This document shows positions 45,828 to 58,870 of a stretch of 64,000 nucleotides of DNA, in pieces (position 1 is the stretch's first letter; the number at the start of each line of letters is the position of its first letter). The position numbers were made by a program, and so were the translations under genes. The DNA lies in NCBI RefSeq assembly GCF_000143415.4, contig NW_003314262.1, forward strand, positions 2,239,046 to 2,303,045, read 5' to 3'. Under the pieces are notes generated by a model. It was not told the origin of the DNA. It made no database searches and saw only the letters and a program-made list of their open reading frames with translations. The stretch comes from Selaginella moellendorffii. Taxonomy: Eukaryota; Plantae; Lycopodiophyta.

Positions 45828-47942
45828 ATGGAGCTGAGGAGCAGCGGCTGCCCCGGATTATGGACGCGGATTTTGGTGCTGTGCTCGCTCCTCGCGATTG
45901 TTTGCGGTGAGGCTCCCGCCGGCGCGGGAATTTTGCGGCTCACACATAGGTATTCCGACCGGGAAGGATCGAGCAGGGAGAGGGATGGGAGCGGCGGAGG
46001 GATGAGCAAGGAGCATTTCCAGCTGCTGCTGGATCACGACCGCGGGCGCAGGGGTCGATTCCTCGCCGAGGGGGTGGACTTTTCTCTCGGAGGCACGGCC
46101 GATCCTCTCTCGGGAGGGTAAGTTCTTCTTCACTGGGTTTTCTAATTTAGCAGCGCTAGAATTTTGACCGGTTTTTTAAATCCTCTTCCATTCCCAGGCT
46201 TTACTTCACGCAAGTCGGTCTTGGAAATCCCGTAAAGCACTACATTGTCCAAGTCGACACCGGCAGCGATGTCTTGTGGGTGAATTGTAGGCCGTGCTCG
46301 GGATGCCCACGAAAAAGTGCGCTCAACGTAAGTGGTCCTCGCACTTTTCTTCTTCGCTCTTTTGTTTCCATCTCTATCTTCTTACAAGGACTTTTGCGTC
46401 TAGATACCTTTGACGATGTATGATCCTCGAGAGTCATCGACGACGTCTTTGGTTTCGTGCTCCGATCCTCTGTGCGTGAGAGGGCGGCGATTTGCCGAAG
46501 CTCAGTGCTCGCAAGCCACCAACAATTGTGAGTATATATTTTCTTACGGGGACGGGAGCACGTCCGAAGGGTATTACGTGCGGGACGCGATGCAGTACAA
46601 TGTTATTAGTAGCAATGGATTGGCAAACACAACGTCGCAAGTCCTGTTCGGGTAACTCTTCTCTTTTTCCTCTGCTTTTTTTTGGCTGCAACTGTCTCGT
46701 TTTGTTTCTCATGGTTTTCAGTGCTCTCCAAACAGGTGTAGCATCAGGCAAACAGGCGATCTCTCGACGTCGCAACAGGCTGTTGATGGGATAATCGGGT
46801 TTGGCCAGCTTGAGCTATCCGTGCCAAATCAATTAGCGGCTCAGCAAAATATTCCTCGAGTGTTCTCACACTGTTTGGAGGGGGAGAAACGGGGAGGAGG
46901 CATTCTTGTCATTGGCGGCATCGCGGAACCTGGAATGACTTACACGCCTCTCGTTCCGGATTCGTAAGTTAGCACGATTTCTACTTCTTCCAAATTAATT
47001 CTTCCATCCCCAGGGTCCATTACAACGTCGTTTTACGTGGGATATCGGTGAATTCCAACAGGCTACCCATCGACGCAGAGGATTTCTCATCAACGAACGA
47101 TACTGGAGTGATCATGGATAGTGGAACTACTCTTGCGTATTTCCCTAGCGGTGCTTACAACGTCTTCGTCCAGGCAGTAAGTCCTGATAAACTTCACTGG
47201 TGTAGTTCATGGCTAACAATTCTATCACCCAGATTCGAGAGGCAACCTCCGCAACCCCGGTTCGTGTCCAAGGAATGGATACTCAATGCTTTCTCGTGTC
47301 CGGAAGGTACTGCAATCACGTTCAATAGTTGAAAAGTAACACTTGTCTCTCACTCTTTTTCTATTCAAATTCTTGATTCAGATTGAGCGACTTGTTTCCA
47401 AATGTCACTTTGAATTTCGAAGGAGGAGCCATGGAGTTGCAACCAGACAACTATCTTATGTGGGGAGGAACTGCAGTAAGCTACTTTCCTTTTGGAAAAG
47501 CTAGATAGATGGATAGACTAAATCTCTCTTCTTTCCACGCAGCCGACTGGAACAACGGACGTGTGGTGCATTGGGTGGCAATCATCGAGCTCCTCGGCTG
47601 GGCCCAAGGACGGAAGCCAGCTTACAATCCTAGGAGGTGTGCTGTTATTTCTCGATTGTCGCAAGCGCTAATGTTTCTCTTCCCAGATATCGTGTTGAAA
47701 GATAAGCTCGTCGTCTATGATCTGGACAACTCGCGCATTGGCTGGATGAGTTACAACTGTAAGTTTTTGTTTTTTTACTTGGCTCTTTACTTACACGCCA
47801 GAGATCAGGCTCGGACGAAGTAAAAGTTGCTGGTCATGCGGTCATAGCCTCGCATCTCGACTCCAACGCCGCCATTTGGACAAAACCATCCAGAGTTGTC
47901 ATATTCTTGCTTGTTTTCATCCTCTCGGTGTGTATACATTGA
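45828..47942 (+). CDS. A1-family atypical aspartic protease, secreted, with a possible GPI signal
   Basis: Signal peptide, VQVDTGSDVLWVNC, YGDGSTSEG, FSHCL, IMDSGTTLAY and ILGDIVLKDKLVVYDL. A hydrophobic last exon ends at 47942. Confidence 0.93.
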
Positions 47943-48147
47943 TTTCTCTTTGGGAAAAAGCATACACAGGCACCATACAATGGAGAGAATGTTTCTCCCA
48001 TTTTGGTACATTTGTAAAAGCAAGTGATTGATTGATTTCTAAACGAGAAAAAAATATGATTTTTTTTACCAAGCTATGGAGTAAAAGTTTTTAACATTCA
48101 TTCGACTTACATCCGATCAAAACTTATTACAATAGAAGATTGCTTCC

Positions 48148-49274
48148 TTAGGAACTAATGAGGTAGCCAATGAGTATGCCTAACAAGCCGACTAGAAAGA
48201 TGAGCCACAAAGAGAAGCCGGCGGATGGGCCATTTCTTTCCTTCAAGCTCGTTGCTTTGCTAGCCTGCAGCTCAAAAGCGCCGGATGAACAAGAGCACGC
48301 AATCACAAAACTTAAAAAAGAGGACTCACCAATTCCTGCTGCAGCCGTTGCGAGAGCTGGACGGCCGAGTCGCGCTCTTTCCTGATCGCGAAGAGCTCCT
48401 GGTTCACTTTGGCGAGATTTGCCTCGAGCTGCGAGGTGTCCTTCGTTGCCTGGGACGCACAAAACTAGACTTTAGTTGTGGTCGAAGGAAAGGATATCAA
48501 GGAGCGTGAGCTTACGGTTTGTTGGAACAAAGTGGAGTCACCGTTTTGCATCGCTTTCGGCGAGACGCCCTCTTCCTCGGGCGATTCGGCAACGGGCGAC
48601 GGGGGTTGAGGAGGAGACGTCAACACCACCCGCAACTTCGTGTCGTGGATATCGTGCCCGCTATCCTTGTTGAACTTTGCACAGGGAAAATCGGTACCAA
48701 AGAAGACAAATGAGGGGACGAAGGCAAATCGACTAGCAGCAAAGTACCATCTCAGGGACGTCTTTCACGGTTGTCTCGGCTGGAACCACAATGGTTTGCA
48801 CCAGGAACTTGTCCTTGCATTGCATGTCTAGCGGTGCTTCCTTTTGTGCTTGCATTGTCACTGCGAAGGCAAAACACAGGGAAGAGAAGATGATCAATCC
48901 ACAAAGTAGCCTTTAGAATAAATTTATACCTGTGACATCCGTGCTTCCTCGTGCCGGGACAATGCCGGTGTTTGGGCGCACGCAGTACTTCTTCGGTGAG
49001 GTAGTTTTCACCTAGAAAAACCAAAGAAGATAGATTCAAGAACGATCCATAGAGCGAGCGAAGAACGAAAAAAAAAGAGAGAAAAAAAAACTCGAGACCT
49101 TAAAGGCGATAGAATCATCGGTATTGTTGACGAGCCGCAAGGAACACGAGATTTGCTTCTTCAGCTCAACTGCGGCACACAGGCATTTCGCAAATCAGTG
49201 ATCCATTGCAATGGAAACGAGCGCTTACATGGAAATCTCAGCTCCCCGGGCTGTATGCTCACGCGCTCGGTCAT
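48148..49274 (-). CDS. Vesicle-associated protein (VAP27 family): MSP domain, coiled coil and C-terminal TM
   Basis: IQPGELRF, ELKKQISCSLRL, AFKVKTTSPKKYCVRPNTG, DMQCKDKFLVQ and a terminal TM helix. Confidence 0.93.
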
Positions 49275-49547
49275 TGCGACCCGCCGATTACCCCCTATCC
49301 CATGGATTTCCGCGAGATGAGAGGAGGGAGATCAAATACCAAGATCATACCTAGCGCCTGGAGCTGCGCGTCGCCCCAGATCCTCTCGGCGCACAGTCCA
49401 AACCCGCGCTTACCCTAGCTAGTTTTGTGAGACACGGGGTATATTCACGGAATTTACATGCTAATAGTGATCTAGGGTTCCGGGTTTAGGGCACTGGTGG
49501 GCGATCTCGCCAATTTGGAAAGAATTGTGGCGCCCGGGCGCCTGTGG

Positions 49548-51490
49548 ATGATCGCGGGGGGACGAGGTGCTGGATTAATGGGGGTTTCGTCCAGGAATGG
49601 CTCTGGATCGATCGAATTGCCGGATTTGCCATTGGAGCGGCAATCTTCGCGGCGGAAGGGCGTGGAGAAGAGCATCCTGGACGATATTATGGGCGATCCC
49701 GACGATTTCAAGGAGCTCGTGGATCCGGAGGAGGATGGAGGGCGATGGGAGGACACGGTGAAAGAGGCGTAAGTGAAATATCTTCTTGGCTTAGCTATTA
49801 ACGTAGGAAGTTTTTTGTTGTCATTGTACATGGCGTAGAGTACAGAGGTTTGTTTTTTGTTCCAGAGTCCTCGACTGTGATTCCCGGGCAGATTCTTTTT
49901 TATATGATGATCACTGCTGCTATTGATCCTCTTGGTGTCTTAGTAGTTTTGGTTTTGATTTCTAATTCTTTTCGAATTCATTTTTGAGGTGCTCCTTTCA
50001 GCCTTGATGCCGAGAATTTGACTGAAGCGCCTGCTCCATTGGAGGTAATTGCCAGAGCAAAGATTTGCGTATCCTTTACTGAAGTTTGAGTTTTACGTGC
50101 AAGGTGAAACGCTCCAAGAACCAAGGATCAGAGCGTAGAGGTGAGACCTTCTTCTTATATCAGCATCCACCTTACGTTTTCCTTCTTGGTTTTCTCAGGT
50201 TCTAAATCACATGGTACCAGATATTTCATAATTAAAAGCTTAAACCATCAGAATCTCTCCAAATCTGTTGAAAGAGGAGTTTGGGCTACACCAGCGGTGA
50301 ACGAAGACATCTTGAATGAAGCATTTCAGGTAGCTACGAAGTTCTTGTGTGTGTGTGTGTGTAGCTCTGACTTTTGTTCTTTCTTTTTAGACTTCAGAAC
50401 GTGTTGTTTTAGTGTTCAGCGTGAACATGAGTGGTCACTTCCAAGGCTATGCCGAAATGACATCTCGGCCTGGTCGACGAAAGGACAACCTTTGGAATGA
50501 CGCCAACGATGGCTCCAGTCCATGGGGCGGTGTTTTTTCGGTGGACTGGCTAAAGTTGCATGATCTCCCATTTCAGGAAACCTCCCATCTTAAAAATCCT
50601 CTCGATGATAATAAGCCCGTAAAAATCAGCAAGGATTGTCAGGTATTGTGTCTCTTATGTTCCCACGTCATTGTCATTCTCTTTTTCTTAGGAACTTCCT
50701 CGAGAAGTTGGGGAGTCTCTTTGTGCTTTGATCGATGAAGGAGCACAACGAGATGGACATGCAAAGAGGTTTTGTCGATTAGTTTGCCTGGCGTTTGCTA
50801 ACCTTAGAAAACACAGGAAAAAGCCGGATGAAGACGCTGCTGGAACTAAAAGATTACGTGGAGACGGTGGACAAAATGACAAGACTGAAAGATCTTCTCA
50901 GAAAATTGAAAAGCACACCTCAGACAAGCAGAAAGCACCGGAGAGAATTACCCCAGACAAAGACAAGGACAGAGAGCGAGACAAGCGATCAGAGAAGGAC
51001 AGAGCAACGAGTAAGGAAAGGGATCGTGATCTTCGAAAGAACAGGCTGCCAGAGGAAGATTTACTCAACATGGTAAGTGTCACACTTTACGTTTTCTAGT
51101 GGTTTTTCTTCAAACACATCACTGAGACATTTTGTTTGCTTAGACGTACGAGGAGTACCTTCGAAGGCACAACCGAACCTATCAACAGGTACATGAGTAT
51201 TTTGTGATGATTAATACCACAATACTAAACTAATGTGTACTTCTTTCAGTTTGGTCGTCCCGCAGCTCCTTATGTTGGACCGTGGATGGGTCCTGCTGGC
51301 CCTGGAATGCCTGATCCGTATGCATACTCCCTTCGTGATACTCGTGACTTACATCTGTAAACTGTTTTTCAGGTACGCGATGGCCGCTTGGTATGAACGG
51401 CGACCCGAACCGTTCTATGGGATTCCCCCAGTTCCTTACGGAGGCATGCATCCGTTTGATCCCACAAAATGGCGTGGCCATCCGCGCTAG
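49548..51490 (+). CDS. YTH-domain (YTHDC-type) m6A reader; start codon 49548 or 49578
   Basis: RYFIIKSLNHQNLSKSVERGVWAT, FSVNMSGHFQGYAEM and KPVKISKDCQEL, followed by an RD/RE-rich low-complexity tail. Confidence 0.88.
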
Positions 51491-51967
51491 GTGCGGAGCT
51501 GCTTTTTTTTTCTTTCTTGTTCTTTCGCGTCAACATTCACCAGTGGCTCGAGGACAATTGTAGCTGTAAGAAGATTGTATTCCAGTTTTAACGCTGACGA
51601 CTATTTTTTTTTATTTTTTTCATCCTGGGTGGATCACCCTGTGTGTGTTTCATAGCTTGCAGGCGGACTGTAAGAGTCCATGCTGCTTCATGGCAACTGT
51701 ACAAATCGTGCAAGAAATTATAAAGTTTGTTCGCTGTTTCTCCTTTGTTACAAGGTTGGTGGATGAGTTTGTGTCAGAGATTCAGGTATGCGATTTTATA
51801 TTCCTCCATGACGCTTTTATGGCTCGGGTCAAGCATGGGCAGCGTTGCATTCTGGTACTTTGATTACACTCCTGACTTAAGCTTCATTTATCAGTGTCCA
51901 CGTTCTAACGAGTCTTGATTGTATATAGGTGGATGCTGTGGAGAATGCCGGAGAAGCAGAGCGCAGT

Positions 51968-53191
51968 ATGAAGCTCTGGAGGTGGCTTGTTTTGAGCTAT
52001 TTTTTTCTCGCGGGTGATGCGAGCAAGGTTCCAGCTCTCTTTGTGTTTGGAGACTCAACGGTTGACACGGGTAATCTCAAGCAGCGGTCTTCGCTCTCGT
52101 TGCTGATGACCAACAGGCTTCCATATGGAAGGGACTTTGTGCCTCCTGGACCGACTGGACGAGCGTCCAACGGCAAGCTTTCAACCGACTTCCTTGGTAA
52201 GTGACGAACATATGTTTCGCTTCTTTAACCGTGGAATTCCGCACTGCAGCTGAGTTTCTAGAGCTTCCTTCGCCAGCCAACGGCTTTGAGGAACAAACGT
52301 CGGGAATCTTTCGCGGGCGAAATTTTGCTGCCGGTGGTTCTGGATATCTGAATGGCACTGGAGCCTTGTTCGTAAGCTCAAGTTTCCAACTTATGCATTT
52401 ACCTTTTCTTCTTCTTCTCAGAGAACGATCCCACTCTCCACGCAGCTCGACGCGTTCGAAAAGCTCGTGAAATCCACAGCTCAGTCTCTAGGAACGAAAG
52501 CAGCTTCGGAGCTCCTGGCCAAGTCCCTGTTCGTCGTAAGCACCGGAAACAACGACATGTTCGACTACATCTACAACATCCGGACCAGGTTCGACTACGA
52601 CCCGGAGTCGTACAACAAGCTCGTACTCTCGAAAGCTCTCCCGCAACTCGAGGTATACAGCACAGACATCTATCTCTCTCGGCTCTCAAGAGCATTCTAA
52701 CTTCAGAGCTTTTGCAGCGTCTCTACACCTTAGGCGCCCGCAAGATGGTCGTCCTCTCCGTAGGCCCTCTCGGGTGCACGCCGGCGGTGCTCACACTCTA
52801 CGACTCCACGGGCGAGTGCATGAGAGCCGTAAACGATCAAGTGGCGAGCTTCAACTCGGCCTTGAAGGCGTCGCTCGCGTCCCTGGCATCAAAGCTCCCG
52901 GCGCTCCACGCTATGTATGGAAACGCCTACGACTTGCTGCTGGACGCGGTGGAGCAGCCATCAAAGTATGGATTCAAGTATGGCAACGTTGCGTGCTGCG
53001 GGCTGGGGAGATTTGGAGGCTCGTCCGCGTGTAGCAACCTCAGCAACGTTTGCTTCTCGGCGGACGAGCACGTCTTTTGGGACCTCGTCCATCCCACCCA
53101 AGAAATGTATAGGCTGGTGTCGGACTCGCTCGTCTCGGGGCCACCTTCCATGGCCAGTCCGCTCAATATTAGCCAGTTGATCGCCTTCTAG
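51968..53191 (+). CDS. GDSL esterase/lipase
   Basis: Signal peptide, FVFGDSTVDTGN, PYGRDF..PTGRASNG, NFAAGGSG, GNND and FWDLVHPT. Confidence 0.96.
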
Positions 53192-53855
53192 GGATTCTTA
53201 AATCACTTCGTCCAAGATCTAAAATGGAATACAAAAAAGTAATATTTATATTGTTAATATGAAAAGCAATATAAAGATGGTTGTAAATTCAACATAGAAA
53301 GTTTAAATATTTCTATATATGAGATTCTTATTAAAAGTTATGGCAACTACATCTTTTATGTTAGTATATCTTAGACAAGCTTTGTCGGAGAAAGCTTGTC
53401 CCAAAGGTGTTGCTCCAGAGACCTTTGACCATAGACCAGAATATGGTCCACAAGGAAGCGTGTTTCTGAGCATGAGCTAGAGTTCGTCTTCCACCATCTT
53501 ATTGCGGAAGATGCTCGCTATGGAACCGTGATGGTAGAATCACCAGGAGGAATCCGAGGTATGTCCCGCTGCATCCCAACCTTGGTCAATTGCCAGGAGT
53601 GTCTAACACATATGAAGAATTTCATGGAAAAAACCGCTCCACTGTCACTGGGAGCGACCGTTTGCTCTCCGGCTAGCTTGTGCTACTTGCGCTATGAGAT
53701 GTATGATTTCTTCTAAGTTCTCTTCTGTTTAGCTTGTTTGATCGAGAACACACTGGCGGACAGCAGCAAAAACAATTAGCTCCAAAGTTTGGAAACTGGT
53801 GTTTCTAGTTAGAAATTCTTAGACGCCGGCGGTCCCTGGCGGCGATAGCGTCGCC

Positions 53856-54320
53856 ACGATTATGAGCACCTCCTAAGCGTACAGATGGAAAGCCGTAATT
53901 ATTAATATATCTGATCCGCCTTGCATTTCTGCATCCATCGGTCTCATGCTTCATAGTACCTCTGAACAGCATATAGATAGGCAGATAGATTTAAAATGTA
54001 ATTTGCAGCAAGCTCTTGAATAAAGAACAAAGAGTTTCGAAGACCAAGAAGAGGAAATCGAGAGAGCTATTCAAAAGATCCTGATTCGGAAAGCCGAGGA
54101 GAACAAAACTTTCCTCGAGCAGGTGTTTCCATGCTTTCAAGGCACGAAAGTCTCCAACATATTCTCGAGGAGATGAACGGAAAAACCAGTGAAGGACAAA
54201 GTATCGTTGGCTTGAAGAGAAGTACGTTCAGACTCTCCTGCAGGCAAACACTGCTGATCAAGGAGTGAAATGATAGAATTCGGGATCTGGAAGAGCTAAA
54301 GTGTCTCCATGAATTCAAGG
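53856..54320 (+). pseudogene. Inverted, decayed partial copy of the 3' exons and introns of the BRIZ/BRAP2 gene
   Basis: GAGCACCTCCTAAGCGTACAGATGGAAAGCC and CCTCGAGCAGGTGTTTCC match the reverse complement of about 58990-59540. The copy has stops and deletions. Confidence 0.8.
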
Positions 54321-54959
54321 TAGCTAGTATACTTGTTTCACAGATTGCCCTAGTTTCAATGGTGACGGTACTTCGCCTAAAAAATCTAGAAAAGAAATTA
54401 GTGGGAAAAACTTCACACTGAAACTCTTATGGCATTGGTTTTGCTTCAATTGATAATTATAATAGTTATCTTAAATATTTTTACTTCATTATAAAAATAA
54501 GATAAGTGTGAAGGGGAAATTTGAATAATGAACTATAGATCTCATAAAACTTTTGAATTATTAAATAGTTCTTACTGCAAATTTACAGCATAACCTTCCA
54601 TACAACTAAATTAAACAAAAAAAATCAAACAAGGCACAATTCATAAAATTAAATAAGTTTTATAATTATTGAATTTTCTGAAATTATGCTTTTTTAAGAC
54701 ATGAGAATTATTAAGCCAAATCCTAAATATTTTATTTCCCTTATTTTGGGATCAAAAACTTTAATTATTGCAATTACTCCAGTGTTATATCCAAATTTGA
54801 AACAAGCCATATGATAAAATATCTAAATTACATATTGAAGTACTTATATGGCATACTATAAATGTTTTCTCTCTAATATTAACTATGAAATTGCTCTGTG
54901 TTAGTAAAAATATAATAGTAGAATGTGTTATTAAAATTTTGCATTTTAATTTTAGTTAT

Positions 54960-57480
54960 TTTTTAAATAAATAGTTTCATTCTCTATATTTAGTGGATAG
55001 AACTTTTTAATAGTAATGTGAATTTCTGATTTTTACTATGGAAAGTTAAAGATTTAAATATTTTTAAGTGCACATTTAATAAGATCTAAAGCATTAAATT
55101 TTAAAATAAATAGCTAGGATTTATTTTATTAGTAATTTACTGCAAATTGAATGCAGTAACATTAATACATAATTTTTATTAATAGTAGTGCTAATTTTAT
55201 TAATTATTATTATTTAAATATAATTGAATTAAATATTAAAAGTTTGCTAAGTACATAGATACACCTATATCTTCAATTATCATATGCCAAAAAAAAATCT
55301 TAAGACTGTTCTAAATTTATATTAATTAATTATTTTTTATTATACCCGATAATGAAATTTTTGAATAATTATATAACTACATCTCTCTAAATAATAATTA
55401 TTATAAATGCTTCTAAATAGTGTTACCATTTAATTATTAGATAAGTTTTCTATGATATGAGTGCTTTTATAGTTCAACTTTATTCTTTCATATTTAACAG
55501 TGTTAGTGTTAGAGTATATATAAAAATTTATCTATAACATAATGTGAAATTTTATTTTAAATTTTTTTTTCTAAAACTCATTAAAAGTGTAAAAATGTGT
55601 TTATGTCAAAAGTTTGAATACATATAAACTATTAGGATAAAAAAATATACTCTTAAATTTTATAAATTATAAATTTAATATGGGTAGAATATCATAAAAT
55701 ATTCAAATGTATTTTAAAATTAGAAACTATAAAGTTTTTGGAAGTAGCACAAAGTTAATATAATCATTAGGTCCGGTAAAATCAAAACTGAGGTATGTAA
55801 TATAGTTTTTAACTCAAAGTTATTCATCACAAAAATAACTTTGGTAAAGAGTAATTTACAATATCTAGAGAAGCTCATTATATAGGACCATTTCTTCAAG
55901 TTGCACAAGTAAATTTTGCAAAAACATTTTTGTGTCCTTCTTTTGTGTTTCATATGAAAGGGTGAACTTTTGTCATCTTGAGTTTCGTGTCAAAAAAATC
56001 TTGAATGCCTTCTACGATTACATTCTCTGTGATTGCAAAGTATCTAGGTTAACAGCTTGTTAATCTTCAACAAAAAGTGAAAATGATTAGGAAGTTACAT
56101 AGTCTTTACCTTATTCCACATAAAAAGTCGTTAAACATAAGAAATGTTAACCTTCTTTTACTTGTAACATGCAAGATCCAAGATGAATCACTAGTCTCTT
56201 CTAGCGTTGAACAAAATGCGGCAGCTTAATGAATAAAGCTAAAAACACAAATACCACGAATTTACAAATTGCATTAGAAGCTTTTAAACCACAAACATTC
56301 CTTTTCATTTGGGAAATAAAAAACTTTTAACAACGAAAAACTACTCATATAAAGCATACCTTGTGTGCTTTTGCTCTCTAACTAAAAATGTCAAGAAGTG
56401 GTCACATACTTGATTAGATGTTTTTTTTAAGCTTCTCAGCTACCTGCAATGGCATTAAATAGCAAAACATCAAATGTCTAGAGTTTGGCCACCTAATTTG
56501 CAGATTTGGATAAACTAACAACCCAGAAAGGAAAAGTTACTATACAGATGGACAATGTGCCAAGGAAATCCTCTTCTTTGAGAAGAATACCACAATGACA
56601 TTACTCTAATGATCTTACAATAAACTCTAAAGAAAATAAAATATGCTAGAATATTTTTTGTAGTTATGGGTTGGATTGTTTTGTGTTTCTCTTTTATGAA
56701 GCCATCTTAGTGATCATCAACTTTAAACTTTTATCTTTTTTGTTTTTTTTTGAGTTATTTTGTGTTTTTTAGTGCTTGAGTTGCCCATAAAGACACTACC
56801 TTGTTGCATTTTAATGTGGTTAGAAATTTATTTCTATTGTGTTTTTATGAACACCACGAAATTTTAGATTTGCAAAGAGATGCACATTTTAAAGCTATGA
56901 AAAAAAATCTTGTGAAATGAAAAATGAAATTCATGACTTTATATGAGAAGATTTAATAAGATTTAACGCATTAGATTTTAAAATAAATGGCTAGGATTTC
57001 TTTTATTAGTAATTTACTACAAATTGCATACAATAACATTAATACTTAGTTTTATTAATGGTAGTGATATTTTTAATTAATTTTTATTAATTAATTATAA
57101 TTAAATTTAAAAATTTAAATTTGTCTAGGTATACAGATAGAGATATATCTTCAACTATTATATGCTAAAAAAAATACCTATGAAAATTCTAAATATATAC
57201 TAGTTAGTGACTTTATAATATACTTTATAATGAAAGTTTTTAATAATTATGTAAATGCCTCTCTTCTGAAGCAAAAAGTCAACATTTATAGCTGTAGAAA
57301 AGGAATCTCTAGATAATAGTTATTATGAATACTTTTAAATAGTGTTATTATTTAATCATTAGATAAGTTTTTTATAATATGAGTGCTTTCATAGTTCAAC
57401 TTTATTCTTTCATATCTAACAGTGTTAGAGTATATATAAAAATATATTTTATTTATTTATAACATAATATGAAATAAGGG
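54960..57480. repeat. AT-rich region with a diverged ~500-bp direct duplication (about 55075-55550 vs 56955-57475)
   Basis: Colinear shared blocks such as TAAAATAAAT.GCTAGGATT and ATAGTTCAACTTTATTCTTTCATAT. Confidence 0.7.
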
Positions 57481-58870
57481 ATTAAAGACTCATCAAAAGT
57501 ATGACATATAAGAATTAGTTTATTGTGATGTTATAAATCTTTCTATTTATAGTATCAACAAATACTCCCTTTTGACACCTTCAGGTTGCACACACCTTCA
57601 AGTCACTTGCATACCTTGCATCACCCGTTGTAGTCAACTCCAAGATTCAAGCATAGCCTAGCTCTTCATTTCTGGCACACTCCCTCACCAACCTTGCCTA
57701 TGGTGCTGCTCATACACCGCGTGCAAGCGAGTTGATCCTAAAAGGAGCTTGGATTGTGTGCTTGACTACCATTCTACTTGCCCCTGTTATCCCTGTGAGC
57801 ACCTCCTCCAAGAGCTTACAGACGCACAGACTCTCATGGGAATGCCCACACAACTGCGCAAGCAGAGTAGGTATGGAGCCCTAGGAGTGCATGGCATAGC
57901 AATTGTCACCACGCCCCCTTCCCTTCCCAGCCACATGTGCATCCTGCCCATTGGCCACCACAACATTGAGCTGATATTCCTACTAACCATGGCCACGAGC
58001 CCTAGCCCGAGCCTGAGGTGGCCTCCCCTTTCCAAGAACCATGGCTTTTGAGGCTGCCTTGGGCCCAAGATCGGACGACTGTGGGGGTCTAGGCCCTTTT
58101 TTTTTTATTATTATAGATTTCATAATTGAGAATTATATATTCATAATGATGGTATTGATGTTTGATGTTGAGACTTTTAACTTTCACCTTTAGCTGTAAT
58201 GCCCTTAAGTATGTTTTGGCTTATTTTGACCATGCATTTGTATAACTTTTGATCAAAACACATTTTTACACTTTAGATGAGTTTTATAAAAAAAAATTAA
58301 AAAATATATAAACTATTAGAATAAAAAAGAATACATTATAAATTTAAAATTGGTAAAATATCCTAAAACATTCCAACATATTTTAAAATTAAAATTTACA
58401 GGTTTTTTGGCAGCAGAAGAGAAAGTCACAAGTTCTCTCTCTACACCAAAACAAATAACACAATTTGCTAATCAGCAAACAACAAAAAGCATATTCCCAT
58501 ATGAAATCAACAATTCAATTTCTTTTAGACTTTGCATATGCAACCTGAGATTTAATGCAAGAATCAAAAAGATCTTAAGCTATAGTAATTAAAATTTGAA
58601 TATTCTCACAGATACATTTTTCCAAGTAACCATTCGCAAGGAAACGTGTTTGAGCATGAGCTAGACTTGTATTCAACCATCTGATTGCATATGATGTCTC
58701 GATGCATGCCAACCTTGGCCAATTGCAAGGAGGGAGACTTAAGGAATTCTGAGGGTAGCCCTCAACTCAGCTGATAATATCAAATCGAACTTGGTCGATC
58801 ATTACCTTTTCCTACAGAGTTCAAGTTCCTAGAAGTTGGTGTGATGTCTTACATTACGCACCAAAGGCTT

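Noticed and set aside
55860-56640. Possible decayed transposase or TnpB/Fanzor
   Set aside because: No convincing catalytic motifs in any frame I could read.
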